NCBI GenBank assembly: GCA_965205505.1
Contig: CBDBHB010000008.1
Location: 64,001 to 128,000 of the forward strand
Source of the DNA: Acidobacteriota bacterium
GTDB lineage: Bacteria > Acidobacteriota > UBA890 > WLXD01
Reading direction: 5' to 3'
DNA length: 64,000 nt
Shown here: positions 17,425-27,246 of the stretch, in pieces
How positions within the stretch are numbered: position 1 is the first letter of the stretch
Layout: every line of letters starts with the position of its first letter
Notes under the pieces: model-generated
The model's input: only the letters and a program-made list of their open reading frames with translations
Database searches by the model: none
Told to the model about the DNA's origin: nothing
Program-made: the position numbers and the translations under genes

Positions 17425-18765
17425 TTAATCCGCGTTCCTGCGCACAACGGCGGTCAGGCGCTCGACCGCCGACATGGCCTCTGTTCCCGATACCAACGCC
17501 AGCAGATCGAAGGTGCCGTCGTCATCGGGCAACAAGATGCGCAACCCGACCACGGCTTGCACGGGTCGATAGAGAAGGTGCTCCGGTGGAGGATCGTCGA
17601 GCGCCGGCCGCGGAGCATCGGCCGCTGCTCCGATCAGCTCGAGCACTCGGTAGCAGGCCTCCACCAACATGCTTCGGCGTACCTGCATCTGAGGGAAGAA
17701 GTCATTGTTCTGGTAAACGTCGAGGACACCCCAGGACACCATGCGCTGCACGAATGGGGTCGACCAGCGTGCTCCGACATCCGCAACGATCACGCCGCGG
17801 CGCTCTTCGGCGCGACCCTCGAGCATTTGCAGATTGATGGCGAGCAGTGCCGCGAGCTCCTCGCGGGTAATCACTGACTTGGTCGCCAGTTCTCGGTATT
17901 CAGCCGGCAGTGAATCCCGTTCGTACAGGTCACGAGCTTCTCGCGCCAGATCCGCAATACGCGGATCGTCGGGGAGCGCATCGGCCAGCCGTTGGAAAAC
18001 ATTGTTCGAGTCGGCGTACCGTTGCGCGCTGCGATAGAGCATGCCGAGTCGTCCCAGGATCAACGGGCCGTCGCCGGTGCGTCGGCGGGCATCGCTGAGG
18101 ACCCGAATCGCCGCCTCGATATCGCCGCGCTCTTCCCGTAGCGCGGCGATGCGCAGGTACGGCCCCTCCAGCTCCGGGGCAGCAGCAATGGCCTCCTCAT
18201 AGGCAGCTACGGCAACCTCGGCATCGCCGCTGTTGGCGGCCATCTCGGCACGCATGAGCAGTGGTCCCACGTCACCAAGCCTGAGCTGTCGCAGCTCCAG
18301 AACGGCACGCGTCAACCCAGCATCCGCCTCCAGCGCAGTTTCGAACCAGCCTCGCGCCAGTTCTGGGCGCTGCTGCAGCACCGCGACCAGACCCATCCCG
18401 TATGCCGCCTCGGCCAACGGTTGTCCCGACCCGAGCGCCAGTCCAAAGGCATCGCGCGCAGCCGCAAGATTTCCCTGTCGCAACGCCGAAAATCCGGCCA
18501 CTGTCCTGCCGATCGAGCTCGCCGCTTCTTCGGAAGTGAGTCCCGCCAGCGCGCCGCCCGGCGTTACATCGCGCACGGCGTCCCATGCCTCGCTCAGCGA
18601 GACGGAGACAGCGGCAGGAGGCGGCGGTACTCGTGCCGGATCGAGCACGACGGCGGTGCTCGGCCGCAACTCTGGCGCCACCGTCGTGGCGGCACAGCCG
18701 CCCAGCACGACGAGCGCCCAAATAGCCACAGCTCTAAATCGCCTACCTGCGTTCATCGCGTCCAT
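17425..18765 (-). CDS. TPR-repeat lipoprotein with C-terminal SLH-like domains
   Basis: Lipobox LVVLGGC, TPR-like helices, C-terminal ITREELAA...ADVGARWSTPFV...GVL...FFP and VSGTEA; start uncertain. Confidence 0.72.
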   Translation of the reverse strand: MDAMNAGRRFRAVAIWALVVLGGCAATTVAPELRPSTAVVLDPARVPPPPAAVSVSLSEAWDAVRDVTPGGALAGLTSEEAASSIGRTVAGFSALRQGNLAAARDAFGLALGSGQPLAEAAYGMGLVAVLQQRPELARGWFETALEADAGLTRAVLELRQLRLGDVGPLLMRAEMAANSGDAEVAVAAYEEAIAAAPELEGPYLRIAALREERGDIEAAIRVLSDARRRTGDGPLILGRLGMLYRSAQRYADSNNVFQRLADALPDDPRIADLAREARDLYERDSLPAEYRELATKSVITREELAALLAINLQMLEGRAEERRGVIVADVGARWSTPFVQRMVSWGVLDVYQNNDFFPQMQVRRSMLVEACYRVLELIGAAADAPRPALDDPPPEHLLYRPVQAVVGLRILLPDDDGTFDLLALVSGTEAMSAVERLTAVVRRNAD

Positions 18766-19792
18766 TGTGACTCTCGGGTCGCGACGCGGCAACATCGTGT
18801 CGGCCGGCAGTCCGCGCCTTGTCGGTAAGCAACTCGCGCGCCAGACGAACAGCGCGCTGACGCTCCATCTCGCCGCCAGGATCCTCGCCGGACTGATGCT
18901 CCAGCCAGCAAATCTGCGGCCAGCGCCGGTACCAGGCGAGCTGACGCTTGGCGTAACGGCGTGTGGCACGCACGATCTCGTCCCGAGCCGCGCCAAGGTC
19001 GAGCTCGCCAACACAAACGCGCGCCAGCTGGCGGTAGCCGATGGCCTGCAGGGCGTGCGCCTCGGCCGGCACACCCGCGGCGAGCAGTCCGTCGACCTCA
19101 TCGACCCAGCCGCTGGCGAGCATCTCGTCTACGCGGCGCTCGATGCGCTCGTACAGGAGAGGGCGCGGCCAGGTGACGCCGAGCCAAACCGCGTCGGGTG
19201 CACATGGCCCGGTACCGGTACTGGCCTCTGCTAACTCGCTCATCCGGAGGCCGGTGCGAAAGATCACCTCCAACGCACGGAAGATCCTCTGTGCATCGCG
19301 ACTACCGAGCCTCGCCGCACAGTCAGGGTCGAGGCGGCGCAACGCGGCGTGCAGCGTCTCGATGCCGTAGCGTTCGCGGAGTCTGCTCAATGTCTCGCGC
19401 CACGCCGCATCGCTCGGCGGAGCCTCGTCGAGCCCCTCGACAACCGCCTGCACATAGAATCCGCTGCCGCCCACCAAGATCGGTTGCTTGCCTCGCGCCC
19501 GGACTTGGTTGATAGCCTGCCACGCGATCGCCGCGTAAGCGCCCGCCGAACAACGTTGCACTGGATCCAGGTAGTCAATGCAATGGTAGGCACAGCGTGC
19601 CCGTGTGGAGGCGGTCGGCTTGGCGGTACCGATGTCGAGTCCTCGGTACACCAATAGCGCGTCGGCGGAAACGAGCTCGCCCGTGAGGCTCTCGGCGAGC
19701 TGCTCCGCTATCGTCGACTTGCCAGCCGCGGTCGGCCCGACAACCACGAGCAAGGGTGGTCCGGCGCCGTCGTGCCCCCTGATGGGGCTCAC
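18743..19792 (-). CDS. miaA: tRNA dimethylallyltransferase
   Basis: VGPTAAGKS, SADALLVYRGLDIGTAKP, VGGSGFY, RIFRALEV, AIGYRQ, TRRYAKRQ. Confidence 0.95.
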   Translation of the reverse strand: MSPIRGHDGAGPPLLVVVGPTAAGKSTIAEQLAESLTGELVSADALLVYRGLDIGTAKPTASTRARCAYHCIDYLDPVQRCSAGAYAAIAWQAINQVRARGKQPILVGGSGFYVQAVVEGLDEAPPSDAAWRETLSRLRERYGIETLHAALRRLDPDCAARLGSRDAQRIFRALEVIFRTGLRMSELAEASTGTGPCAPDAVWLGVTWPRPLLYERIERRVDEMLASGWVDEVDGLLAAGVPAEAHALQAIGYRQLARVCVGELDLGAARDEIVRATRRYAKRQLAWYRRWPQICWLEHQSGEDPGGEMERQRAVRLARELLTDKARTAGRHDVAASRPESHNGRDERR

Positions 19793-20193
19793 TGATCCAG
19801 TGGCACCATGGGCAGTGAGATGCCCTCCGCGCCACCCTTTCGCAGCGCGTCGATCACCCGCACCCAGGTGCCCAAGTCGATTGACCGGTCGGCACGCACG
19901 GTGATCTTGGTCCGATCCTCGTCACTGAGTGCCGCCACTCGTTGTTCGAGCCCGTCGGCGGTCAGCACCTCTCCATCCATGCGAATCTCACCGGAACCGG
20001 ATATCTCGACGACGATCGGAGCAGCTGTCGTGGAAAGTGCGGTACTGGATTCGGGTAACTCCAGGTCCATGCCCGACTGCTCGAGGAACGTCGTGGTCAC
20101 CGCAAAGAAGATCAACAGCAAGAACACCACGTCGATCAGCGGCGACATATCGACGCTGGCGCGGCGCTGCCGCTGCCGTGTCTCGGTCAACAT
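19789..20193 (-). CDS. Biopolymer transporter ExbD/TolR
   Basis: DMSPLIDVVFLLLIFFAVT, VRAD. Confidence 0.92.
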   Translation of the reverse strand: MLTETRQRQRRASVDMSPLIDVVFLLLIFFAVTTTFLEQSGMDLELPESSTALSTTAAPIVVEISGSGEIRMDGEVLTADGLEQRVAALSDEDRTKITVRADRSIDLGTWVRVIDALRKGGAEGISLPMVPLDQ

Positions 20194-20196
20194 CAG

Positions 20197-20366
20197 TTAG
20201 TGTCCTGTAACAGAGGTTCGTTGCATATTGTGGCGCGCGCGACCGAGGCGGATCCAAGGAGGCCCGACGACGGCGATGCCATGCGTATCGCAGAGGCGGG
20301 CCGACGCCGGAGGCGGCCGGTCGCGCTCCCCACAAACGTCACCGTACTTATGATCAGGAGCACTAG
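20197..20366 (+). mobile_element. 170-bp monomeric member of the CTAG element family (type C end, one hairpin module, type A end)
   Basis: 20330-20371 is identical over 42 nt to 4271-4312; the left end matches 4305-4351; the internal hairpin 20230-20333 matches the module consensus. Confidence 0.82.
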
Positions 20367-20412
20367 TGGCCCGAGCTGTCTTCGGCGCAGCATCGCCGGC
20401 GAGTCGCGTCGA

Positions 20413-21048
20413 TCACGACAGTTCGTCGCCCGGCGTCTGCTCAGGCCGACGCTCGACGATCAACTTGATCATCGCCAGCGCGAGGCGCTCCATTTCCAAC
20501 ACCATGCCCTCGGCTTTGCCGACGTAATAGTTGTAGCCGGCCAGCGTCGGGATGGCGATTGCCAACCCCGTAGCGGTGGTGATCATCGCTTCGGAAATGC
20601 CCCCCGAAAGGGCGCCAGCCTGTCCCACGCCCTGGAGCGAGATTACCGAGAACACCTGGATCATACCCAACACCGTCCCGAGCAACCCGAGCAACGGCGT
20701 GATGCTGGCGACCGTTCCCAGAACACCTAGGTAGCGCTCGAGCTCCGGAACCTCCTGGCGGCCAGCGTCGCGCACTAGCTCACGAATGAACTCCCGCGGC
20801 TCCGCCCGTGATTGCAGCGCGGGCAAGAGAACGTTGTTCAACGGGCCAGGTCGGCTTGCCGCGTACTCCTCGGCACGGACGAACTCACCCCGATCAATCA
20901 GCGCATGAATATGCGCCACCTCAGCAGGCGGAAGCACCTTGACATCGCGGAGATTCCAGAATCGCTCGGCTATGATGGCCATCGCGAGCACCGAGCAAAT
21001 CCCCAGCGGGATCATTATCGGCCCGCCGCTCCGCAACACCTCGATCAT
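20413..21048 (-). CDS. MotA/TolQ/ExbB proton channel protein
   Basis: GGPIMIPL, PLLGLLGTVLGMI, GISEAMITTATGL. Confidence 0.93.
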   Translation of the reverse strand: MIEVLRSGGPIMIPLGICSVLAMAIIAERFWNLRDVKVLPPAEVAHIHALIDRGEFVRAEEYAASRPGPLNNVLLPALQSRAEPREFIRELVRDAGRQEVPELERYLGVLGTVASITPLLGLLGTVLGMIQVFSVISLQGVGQAGALSGGISEAMITTATGLAIAIPTLAGYNYYVGKAEGMVLEMERLALAMIKLIVERRPEQTPGDELS

Positions 21049-21082
21049 GCGTTGTTTAAGCTCCGGTCTGACAGCAGGCGCG

Positions 21083-22102
21083 CTAGCGCTTGTCGGGAAA
21101 CGTCACGTCGGCCGTGCCCATGTTGTAGATGAACCCCAAGCGACCGTTGATATCGTCGTACGGATAGTAGTCCGGTATCGGTGGCAGAGGATCCGATAGC
21201 TGTAGCGCGAACTGCGCTCCGGCATCGTAGGCAGGCTGTCCCGAGGGCCAGGTTCGCTCGATAACGATCCGCGCCACCTCGTTGCCGTTGGCGTCGGTCT
21301 GCCGACGGATGGACAGGGCGACGAATGTGGCACCGCTTATCCCGGTACGGATGAGCGGCGGCATATTGGCTCGCCAGTGACCTTCGATACGCCCAATTAT
21401 CTCGTTCAGGTAGGCGCCAAGATCGTAGCCGTGCGTGTCGAATTGAGCTAGTCCTTCCGAACCATCGACACCACCTTGTCGATTCTCGTACACCTGCGGA
21501 TCGACAAACGACTCCAGTCTCGTCAACTGACTTCTCAAGCTGGGCCGCCGAGGTGGAATGGTCACTGTCTCGGCGGCGTCGTCGGTGGTCTCAGCGGGCT
21601 CCTCAACCGGCTCGGTCTCCGCCTCGGCGACCTCGGTATCCGACGCCTCCGGCGCCACCTCGGGCGCATCGGCGACGCGCTCCGGGGCTTCCGGACGCTC
21701 CTCCGGGCGCGCCGGCTGCGGTTCCGGTGCCGGCGGCTGCGGCTCGGCGGCAGGCGTCTCGATTGGTACCGCAGCGGCCCGAAGCACCTGCGCGGCCGTG
21801 TTGCCCTCCGAGAACGGCAGCGGCTGGTCATCACGCGGCGAGGTATCCGCGGCGACGCGATCGATGTCCGAAGCCGCCGAGTTGTCGGGCGGCTCCGGCG
21901 GCGGCTCGCTTTCCGGCGTGTCCACGAAGGTGAACTGGAGCGGCGGCTCTTCCGTCTGGGCAACCGCCGGGCGCGGAAACAGGAGCCCGGGCCACCAAGT
22001 CACCAGGACACCGAGCAGCAGGTGCAGCGCGATAGCCAATACGACCGCGCGTCTGAGGGTAAAACCCCGCTGACGAGCCTGGTGCCGGCTGATATCAGTC
22101 AT
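21083..22102 (-). CDS. TonB/TolA-like energy transducer
   Basis: N-terminal TM helix with ALH, long Pro/Glu-rich linker, C-terminal YL..I..RI..HW...SG..YD..A...PLPP domain; upstream of exbB/exbD. Confidence 0.8.
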   Translation of the reverse strand: MTDISRHQARQRGFTLRRAVVLAIALHLLLGVLVTWWPGLLFPRPAVAQTEEPPLQFTFVDTPESEPPPEPPDNSAASDIDRVAADTSPRDDQPLPFSEGNTAAQVLRAAAVPIETPAAEPQPPAPEPQPARPEERPEAPERVADAPEVAPEASDTEVAEAETEPVEEPAETTDDAAETVTIPPRRPSLRSQLTRLESFVDPQVYENRQGGVDGSEGLAQFDTHGYDLGAYLNEIIGRIEGHWRANMPPLIRTGISGATFVALSIRRQTDANGNEVARIVIERTWPSGQPAYDAGAQFALQLSDPLPPIPDYYPYDDINGRLGFIYNMGTADVTFPDKR

Positions 22103-22271
22103 TTCACCTTGCGCGCTCGCAGGTAACCGCCGGGATGCATGACCGTGACGGGGATCGGGACCGGCATGGCGTCTGCGCGTCCAAACCCCAGGTACCCTTC
22201 AGGTTACGCGCCCTCGCAACCCCTCGAGAATGAGAATAGCACGCCGTTAACGGCGCCAGCACGGCGAACGG

Positions 22272-23072
22272 TCAGCGACGAAGCGTATGGCGCCGATCGC
22301 TGTAGAGCTTCTGGTGACGGACAGCGGCAACCCGTTCGGCCCGGCTCAAAGATCCGATCCGTGGGGTCAGGCCGAGGGCCTTCGCTACCGCTCCCGACAG
22401 CGTGCTGGCGATGGTTCGCCGACTCGGACGTCCGGCAAGCAACTCGTAGAGTCCAACCGACTCGCTCGCCGCGCCCACGCCGGTGCTGCCGAGCGCACTC
22501 CACAGTGCCGGATCGGGCGACCAGAGCGGCAGGGACCCATGTTGCAGCACGCGGCCGGCCACCCGCCGTTGGGCGCTGCCGAGTAGCTTGCGCCCTTCGG
22601 CTGTCACCTCGTGCAGGGCACGGGCGGCGAAACAGGCTCCAGGCTCATCGCGGGATCGGCGTCCACGTGCGCGCTCGAGACAAACATCGGCGCCGAGGAG
22701 CCGTAGCCCAGCCACCATGCCGTCGGAGATCACCTGGTAGGTTGGCAGGACGCCACCGGCAAAGGGGCCTGCCGCGGCCGGGCCGACAAGCGCATAGGTG
22801 AGCTCGCCAGAGTGGAGCACGGCACGTCCGCCCGTACGTCGCCGGACCAAGTCGACACCCAGACGACCGGCAACTCGAGGGTCGAAACCGTCACGCCATC
22901 GTTGCGCGTAGCCAAGCGAGACGGTAGGGCGCGCCCACGAGTACCAGCGCATGCTGTATTCGTGCGCCGAGGAGCCGCCCAGCAGCGCATCGTCGATAGC
23001 CATATTGGCCGCCCCCGAAAGCTCCCCATCGAGCAGTACCCGGAGTGTCGAAGAGTGACGTTCGGAGCTCAT
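22272..23072 (-). CDS. Lipoate-protein ligase A family (LipM-like octanoyltransferase)
   Basis: NMAIDDALL, PTVSLGYAQ, RRRTGGRAVLH, ACF, KLLGSAQRR, LQHGSL. Confidence 0.88.
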   Translation of the reverse strand: MSSERHSSTLRVLLDGELSGAANMAIDDALLGGSSAHEYSMRWYSWARPTVSLGYAQRWRDGFDPRVAGRLGVDLVRRRTGGRAVLHSGELTYALVGPAAAGPFAGGVLPTYQVISDGMVAGLRLLGADVCLERARGRRSRDEPGACFAARALHEVTAEGRKLLGSAQRRVAGRVLQHGSLPLWSPDPALWSALGSTGVGAASESVGLYELLAGRPSRRTIASTLSGAVAKALGLTPRIGSLSRAERVAAVRHQKLYSDRRHTLRR

Positions 23073-23090
23073 TCCGGCGGGCTCTGGCTG

Positions 23091-24203
23091 TCAGAGAAGC
23101 TCGTCCAGCAGCGTATGGGCGCGCCCCTGCGAAGCAGCCACCGGAGCACAGGTAACGTGCCCCTTGTAGGTGTTGACACCCAGTGCCAGGGCTGGATCGC
23201 GTCGCAGGGCAGCCTCGACGCCGATGTCGACGAGCTTCACCAGGTACGCAGCCGTCACGTTGGTGAGTCCGAAGGTAGACGTACGCGGCACCGCTCCAGG
23301 CATATTGGTTACGCCGTAGTGCAATACCCCATCGACGAGGAAGGTGGGCTCGCGATGCGTCGTGGCGCAGGTTGTCTCGATACAACCGCCCTGGTCAACC
23401 GCCACGTCGACGATGACCGCGCCGTCCTTCATCTTCGACACCACCTCGCGTGAGACAACGTTCGGAGCTGCTGCGCCGGCAATCAGCACCGCGCCCACTA
23501 GTAGATCAGCCCGTACGCACCACGCCTCGACGGTCGTAGTGTGCGACATGATGGTGTTCACGTGGCCACCGAAGACGTCGTCGATGTACTGCAGCGTGCG
23601 AGCGTTGGTGTCGAGGACGGTGACGTGGGCGCCCATCCCGTAGGCGACGCGCGCGGCGTTGCGGCCAACGATGCCGCCGCCAATCACCACCACGTCGGCG
23701 GGATTCACACCGGGCAGGCCTCCCAGTAGCACCCCTCGACCGCCCTGGGCCTTCTCGAGGAAGTGGGCCCCGACCTGTACCGACATGCGTCCGGCGATCT
23801 CGCTCATCGGGACGAGCAGCGGCAGCGAGCCATCCGGAAGCTCAACCGTCTCGTAGGCGATGCTCGTCACCTGGTTTTCAAGCAGCGCATCGGTCAACTC
23901 CGGCAATGGCGCCAGATGTAGGTACGTGTAGAGAACCAGGTCCGGCCGCAGGTAGCCGTACTCTGCCGCCATCGGCTCTTTGACCTTGATGATCAGATCG
24001 GCCTCCGCCCAGACCTCCTGAGCGCTGTCGATCAGGCGCGCACCGGCCGCCGCGTACTGGTCATCAGGAAGCCCACTTCCAATGCCTGCACCAGACTCGA
24101 CGAGCACCTCCGCACCGGCGGCGGCAACCTGTCGAACACCGGCCGGGACCAAGCCGACGCGGTGCTCCTGCGGCTTTATTTCCTTGGGGACGCCGACCTT
24201 CAT
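23091..24203 (-). CDS. ald: Alanine dehydrogenase
   Basis: VGVPKEIK..EHRV, KVKEP, YLHLA, PMSEIAGR, DVAVDQGGC, NMPGAVPRTST. Confidence 0.96.
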   Translation of the reverse strand: MKVGVPKEIKPQEHRVGLVPAGVRQVAAAGAEVLVESGAGIGSGLPDDQYAAAGARLIDSAQEVWAEADLIIKVKEPMAAEYGYLRPDLVLYTYLHLAPLPELTDALLENQVTSIAYETVELPDGSLPLLVPMSEIAGRMSVQVGAHFLEKAQGGRGVLLGGLPGVNPADVVVIGGGIVGRNAARVAYGMGAHVTVLDTNARTLQYIDDVFGGHVNTIMSHTTTVEAWCVRADLLVGAVLIAGAAAPNVVSREVVSKMKDGAVIVDVAVDQGGCIETTCATTHREPTFLVDGVLHYGVTNMPGAVPRTSTFGLTNVTAAYLVKLVDIGVEAALRRDPALALGVNTYKGHVTCAPVAASQGRAHTLLDELL

Positions 24204-24562
24204 TCGGGAGCTTTTCCCCCCGCCCTGTCAGTGGCCCGCATCTCCACGTTGCCTTCGAAGACCGCCCCCTCGGCAAAGACGACCGAGGGCGCGCGGATAT
24301 CGCCGGTGACCTGGCCCGTGGCCCCTACCTCGACCTTCTGTATTCCGCTGGCGTCACCCTCCAGGTAGCCGTCGACCGTGATTCGATCACCACACAACGT
24401 GCCCTTGGCGCGACCACGCTCGCCGATCACCACCTCGCCATCCAGGGTCACCGTACCGGTGACGCTGCCATGACACTCGAGCGACCCGCTGCCCCGAATG
24501 TCCCCGTCGAAAACACAACCCGGGCCCAGGTAGGAGCGCGTTCTATTCGCTTTGTCCGACAT
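24200..24562 (-). CDS. Bactofilin (polymer-forming cytoskeletal protein)
   Basis: SYLGPGCVFDGDI...G.V.G...VVIGERG...VTGDI...EGAVFEG beta-helix pattern. Confidence 0.88.
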   Translation of the reverse strand: MSDKANRTRSYLGPGCVFDGDIRGSGSLECHGSVTGTVTLDGEVVIGERGRAKGTLCGDRITVDGYLEGDASGIQKVEVGATGQVTGDIRAPSVVFAEGAVFEGNVEMRATDRAGGKAPE

Positions 24563-24610
24563 AAGTGTCCTCGGTAGTTTGGGCAGTATCTGTTCGCCAC
24601 CGACGTCAAG

Positions 24611-24683
24611 AGCGGGTAACGGGGCTCGAACCCGTGGCCTTCGGCTTGGGAAGCCGACGCTCTACCAACTGAGCTATACCCGC
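24611..24683 (-). tRNA. tRNA-Gly (anticodon CCC), CCA not encoded
   Basis: Reverse complement GCGGGTATAGCTCAGTTGGTAGAGCGTCGGCTTCCCAAGCCGAAGGCCACGGGTTCGAGCCCCGTTACCCGCT folds as a cloverleaf. Confidence 0.95.
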
Positions 24684-24783
24684 GTCGCGGCCTCGATACC
24701 GACGCCGCCCGACGATGACTGTAGCAACGCCGCGCCAACAGGGTCAACGATACGCGGTACCCGCGGGCGAGCGCCGGCGGCCT

Positions 24784-25950
24784 TCAAAAGGCCGACAGCC
24801 CGGTGAGCGCCTGGCCAATGATCAGGGTATGCACTTGATGCGTTCCCTCATAGGTGTACACGGTCTCCAAGTTAACCAGATGGCGGAACACCTGGTACTC
24901 GTCGAGGATACCGTTGCCACCCAGAATCTCGCGGCAGCGGCGGGCGGTCTCTAGCGCCATGCGCACATTGTTGCGCTTGGCCATCGAGATCTGCGCCGGC
25001 TTCGCCTTGCCGGCATCCTTGAGCTGGCCTAAGCGCCAACACAGCATCTGCGCCTTGGTGATCTCAGACGCCATCTCGGCGAGCAACTCTTGGATCAGCT
25101 GTTTCGAGGCAATCGGCGCGTCGAATACGATGCGATTGCCGGCGTAGCGCAGGGCCTCGTCGAGACACGCCTGCGCCGCGCCGATACTGCCCCAGGCAAT
25201 CCCGTAGCGCGCCTGGCTGAGGCACATGAGCGGCGACTTGAGACCGCCGCTGCCAGGTAAGACAGCGTCCGCCGGTACCCGCACGTCGTCGAGCACGAGC
25301 TCGGCGGTGTCGGAGGCTCGCAGCGAGTACTTGCCCTTCACGTGGAGCGCCTGGAAGCCCGGCGTGTCAGTGGGCACGATGAACCCGCGAATGCCGTCAT
25401 CTGTCACAGCCCAGACGATCGCGATATGTGCCATTGTGCCGTTGGTGATCCACATCTTGACGCCGTTGAGCACCCAGTCGTCGCCGTCGCGTACCGCCCG
25501 CGTGCGCATGGCACCGGGATCGGATCCGGCATCGGGCTCGGTGAGACCGAAGCAGCCGATCACCTTCGCCGTAGCCATGTCGGGCAGCCAGCGCCGGCGC
25601 TGCTCCTCGGAGCCGAACTCGAAGATCGGATACATACACAACGCGCCCTGCACCGAGACGAACGATCTGATCCCTGAATCGCCGCGCTCCAGTTCCTGCA
25701 TGATGAGACCGTACGTGCTGCTCTCGAGACCGGCGCAGCCATACTCCTCGGGAAGGTTGGCTCCCAGCAGGTCGAGCTCCGCGAGAGGCCCGATCAGCTC
25801 GGTCGGGAACTCCCCTCTTGCCTGATGCTCCTCGATGATCGGCAGGCAACGGTCCGATATGAACCGCCGGACGGTGTCGCGAATGAGCCTCTGCTCGTCC
25901 GAGAGAAGCTCATCTAGGGCGTAGAAATCGAGCGCTTCGAACTCGGACAT
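24784..25950 (-). CDS. Acyl-CoA dehydrogenase, glutaryl-CoA dehydrogenase-like
   Basis: ELERGDSGIRS, GCFGLTEPDAGSDP, KMWITNG, SLRAS, ARYGIAWG, LETVYTYEGT. Confidence 0.88.
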   Translation of the reverse strand: MSEFEALDFYALDELLSDEQRLIRDTVRRFISDRCLPIIEEHQARGEFPTELIGPLAELDLLGANLPEEYGCAGLESSTYGLIMQELERGDSGIRSFVSVQGALCMYPIFEFGSEEQRRRWLPDMATAKVIGCFGLTEPDAGSDPGAMRTRAVRDGDDWVLNGVKMWITNGTMAHIAIVWAVTDDGIRGFIVPTDTPGFQALHVKGKYSLRASDTAELVLDDVRVPADAVLPGSGGLKSPLMCLSQARYGIAWGSIGAAQACLDEALRYAGNRIVFDAPIASKQLIQELLAEMASEITKAQMLCWRLGQLKDAGKAKPAQISMAKRNNVRMALETARRCREILGGNGILDEYQVFRHLVNLETVYTYEGTHQVHTLIIGQALTGLSAF

Positions 25951-26087
25951 GGGGCCCCAACCTCGCGGAGGGCATTGCGGCGGCTGACTATGCATCAACG
26001 GACGTCGGCCAATGAGGCTACCACGCGACTCGCACGGTGGTTCAGCGCCGTCTTTTGCGCCCCGAATGGGCGTGGCATGCTCCCAGG

Positions 26088-27245
26088 ATGGAGAGTCGCC
26101 GCGTGTATCTGGACTACAACGCCACCGCGCCACTGGCCCCCGAGGTCAGGGCCGTCATGGAGCCGTGGCTCGCCGACACCGCTGCCAATCCATCGAGCAT
26201 CCACCGCGACGGCCAGCGAGCGCGCGCCGCCGTGGAGGCCGCCCGGCAGCAGGTTCTGAAGCTATGTGGAGGCCACGATTTGGTGTTCGCCAGTGGCGGG
26301 ACGGAGGCCGACAATCTGGCCCTGAACGGGTTGTTGGGTTGGCCGCCTCGCGGTCATCTAGTGGTCTCGGCTATCGAGCACCCTGCCGTGCTGGAGCCCG
26401 CCGACGCGCTCGCCGCGTTCGGAGTCGAGACCACCCGGGTGCCGGTCGATGTTGAAGGACGCGTTGATCCGAACGCGGTTGCCGCAGCGCTGCGCGACGA
26501 TACCGTTCTCGTATCGATCATGGCGGCCAATAATGAAACCGGCACCATCCAGCCAGTGCGCGAGGTTGCTTCCATGGCGCGACGCCGCGGCATCCACGCG
26601 CATTGCGATGCCGTGCAGGCCGCTGCCTGGCTAGATCTGGATGATCTCCTGGGAGACGTCGACATGGTGAGCTTGTCTGGCCACAAGATCGGTGGACCGC
26701 CGGGCATCGGCGCCCTGGTGCTGCGCCGACCCTTGGATCTCACCCCGATGCTGCGCGGCGGCGGGCAGCAGCGGGGAAGGCGCGGCGGCACTGAGCCCAC
26801 TGCCCTGATCGCCGGCTTTGGTGCCGCCTGTAATCGCGCTCGGACGCGTTCTCGAGTCGAAGCGGAGCGTGTTGGCGGCTTGGCCAGCAAGCTCACTGCC
26901 CAGATCGTCGACTTGGCGCCGGACGTGCACGTGACCGTACCCGCTGCGCCACGATTACCGAACACGGTCCACCTGTGCTTCGCCGAGTGCCCGGGCGACC
27001 TGTTGGTAGCATGCCTGGACATGGAGAATATCGCGGCGTCTGCCGGCTCGGCGTGCGCCAGCGGTGTGGCGCATGCTTCACATGTGCTGGAGGCGCTCGG
27101 ATTGCCTAGGCGTTATCAGACCGGAGCGCTACGGCTGTCCCTGGGCTACGGTACCGATCATGAGCAAACTGCAGGGCTCGCGGAGCGCATCGTCCGGTGT
27201 GTTGTGGCCGCGACCGAGGGCAGCTTGCCCGCGGTGAGAGCCTGA
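26088..27245 (+). CDS. Cysteine desulfurase (IscS/NifS type), likely sulfur donor for MnmA
   Basis: YLDYNAT, NPSSIH, SGGTEADN, IEHPAV, ANNETG, HCDAVQ, SGHK, SAGSAC. Confidence 0.92.
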   Translation: MESRRVYLDYNATAPLAPEVRAVMEPWLADTAANPSSIHRDGQRARAAVEAARQQVLKLCGGHDLVFASGGTEADNLALNGLLGWPPRGHLVVSAIEHPAVLEPADALAAFGVETTRVPVDVEGRVDPNAVAAALRDDTVLVSIMAANNETGTIQPVREVASMARRRGIHAHCDAVQAAAWLDLDDLLGDVDMVSLSGHKIGGPPGIGALVLRRPLDLTPMLRGGGQQRGRRGGTEPTALIAGFGAACNRARTRSRVEAERVGGLASKLTAQIVDLAPDVHVTVPAAPRLPNTVHLCFAECPGDLLVACLDMENIAASAGSACASGVAHASHVLEALGLPRRYQTGALRLSLGYGTDHEQTAGLAERIVRCVVAATEGSLPAVRA

Positions 27246-27246
27246 G

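Noticed and set aside
4029-20366. 34-bp identical repeats as a CRISPR array
   Set aside because: Copies are inverted or 16 kb apart, with no regular spacers and no cas genes.
21476-22126. Long antisense or alternate-frame ORFs here and elsewhere (e.g. 1744-2904, 16597-17877, 35984-37237)
   Set aside because: Shadow ORFs of well-supported genes, expected at this GC content.
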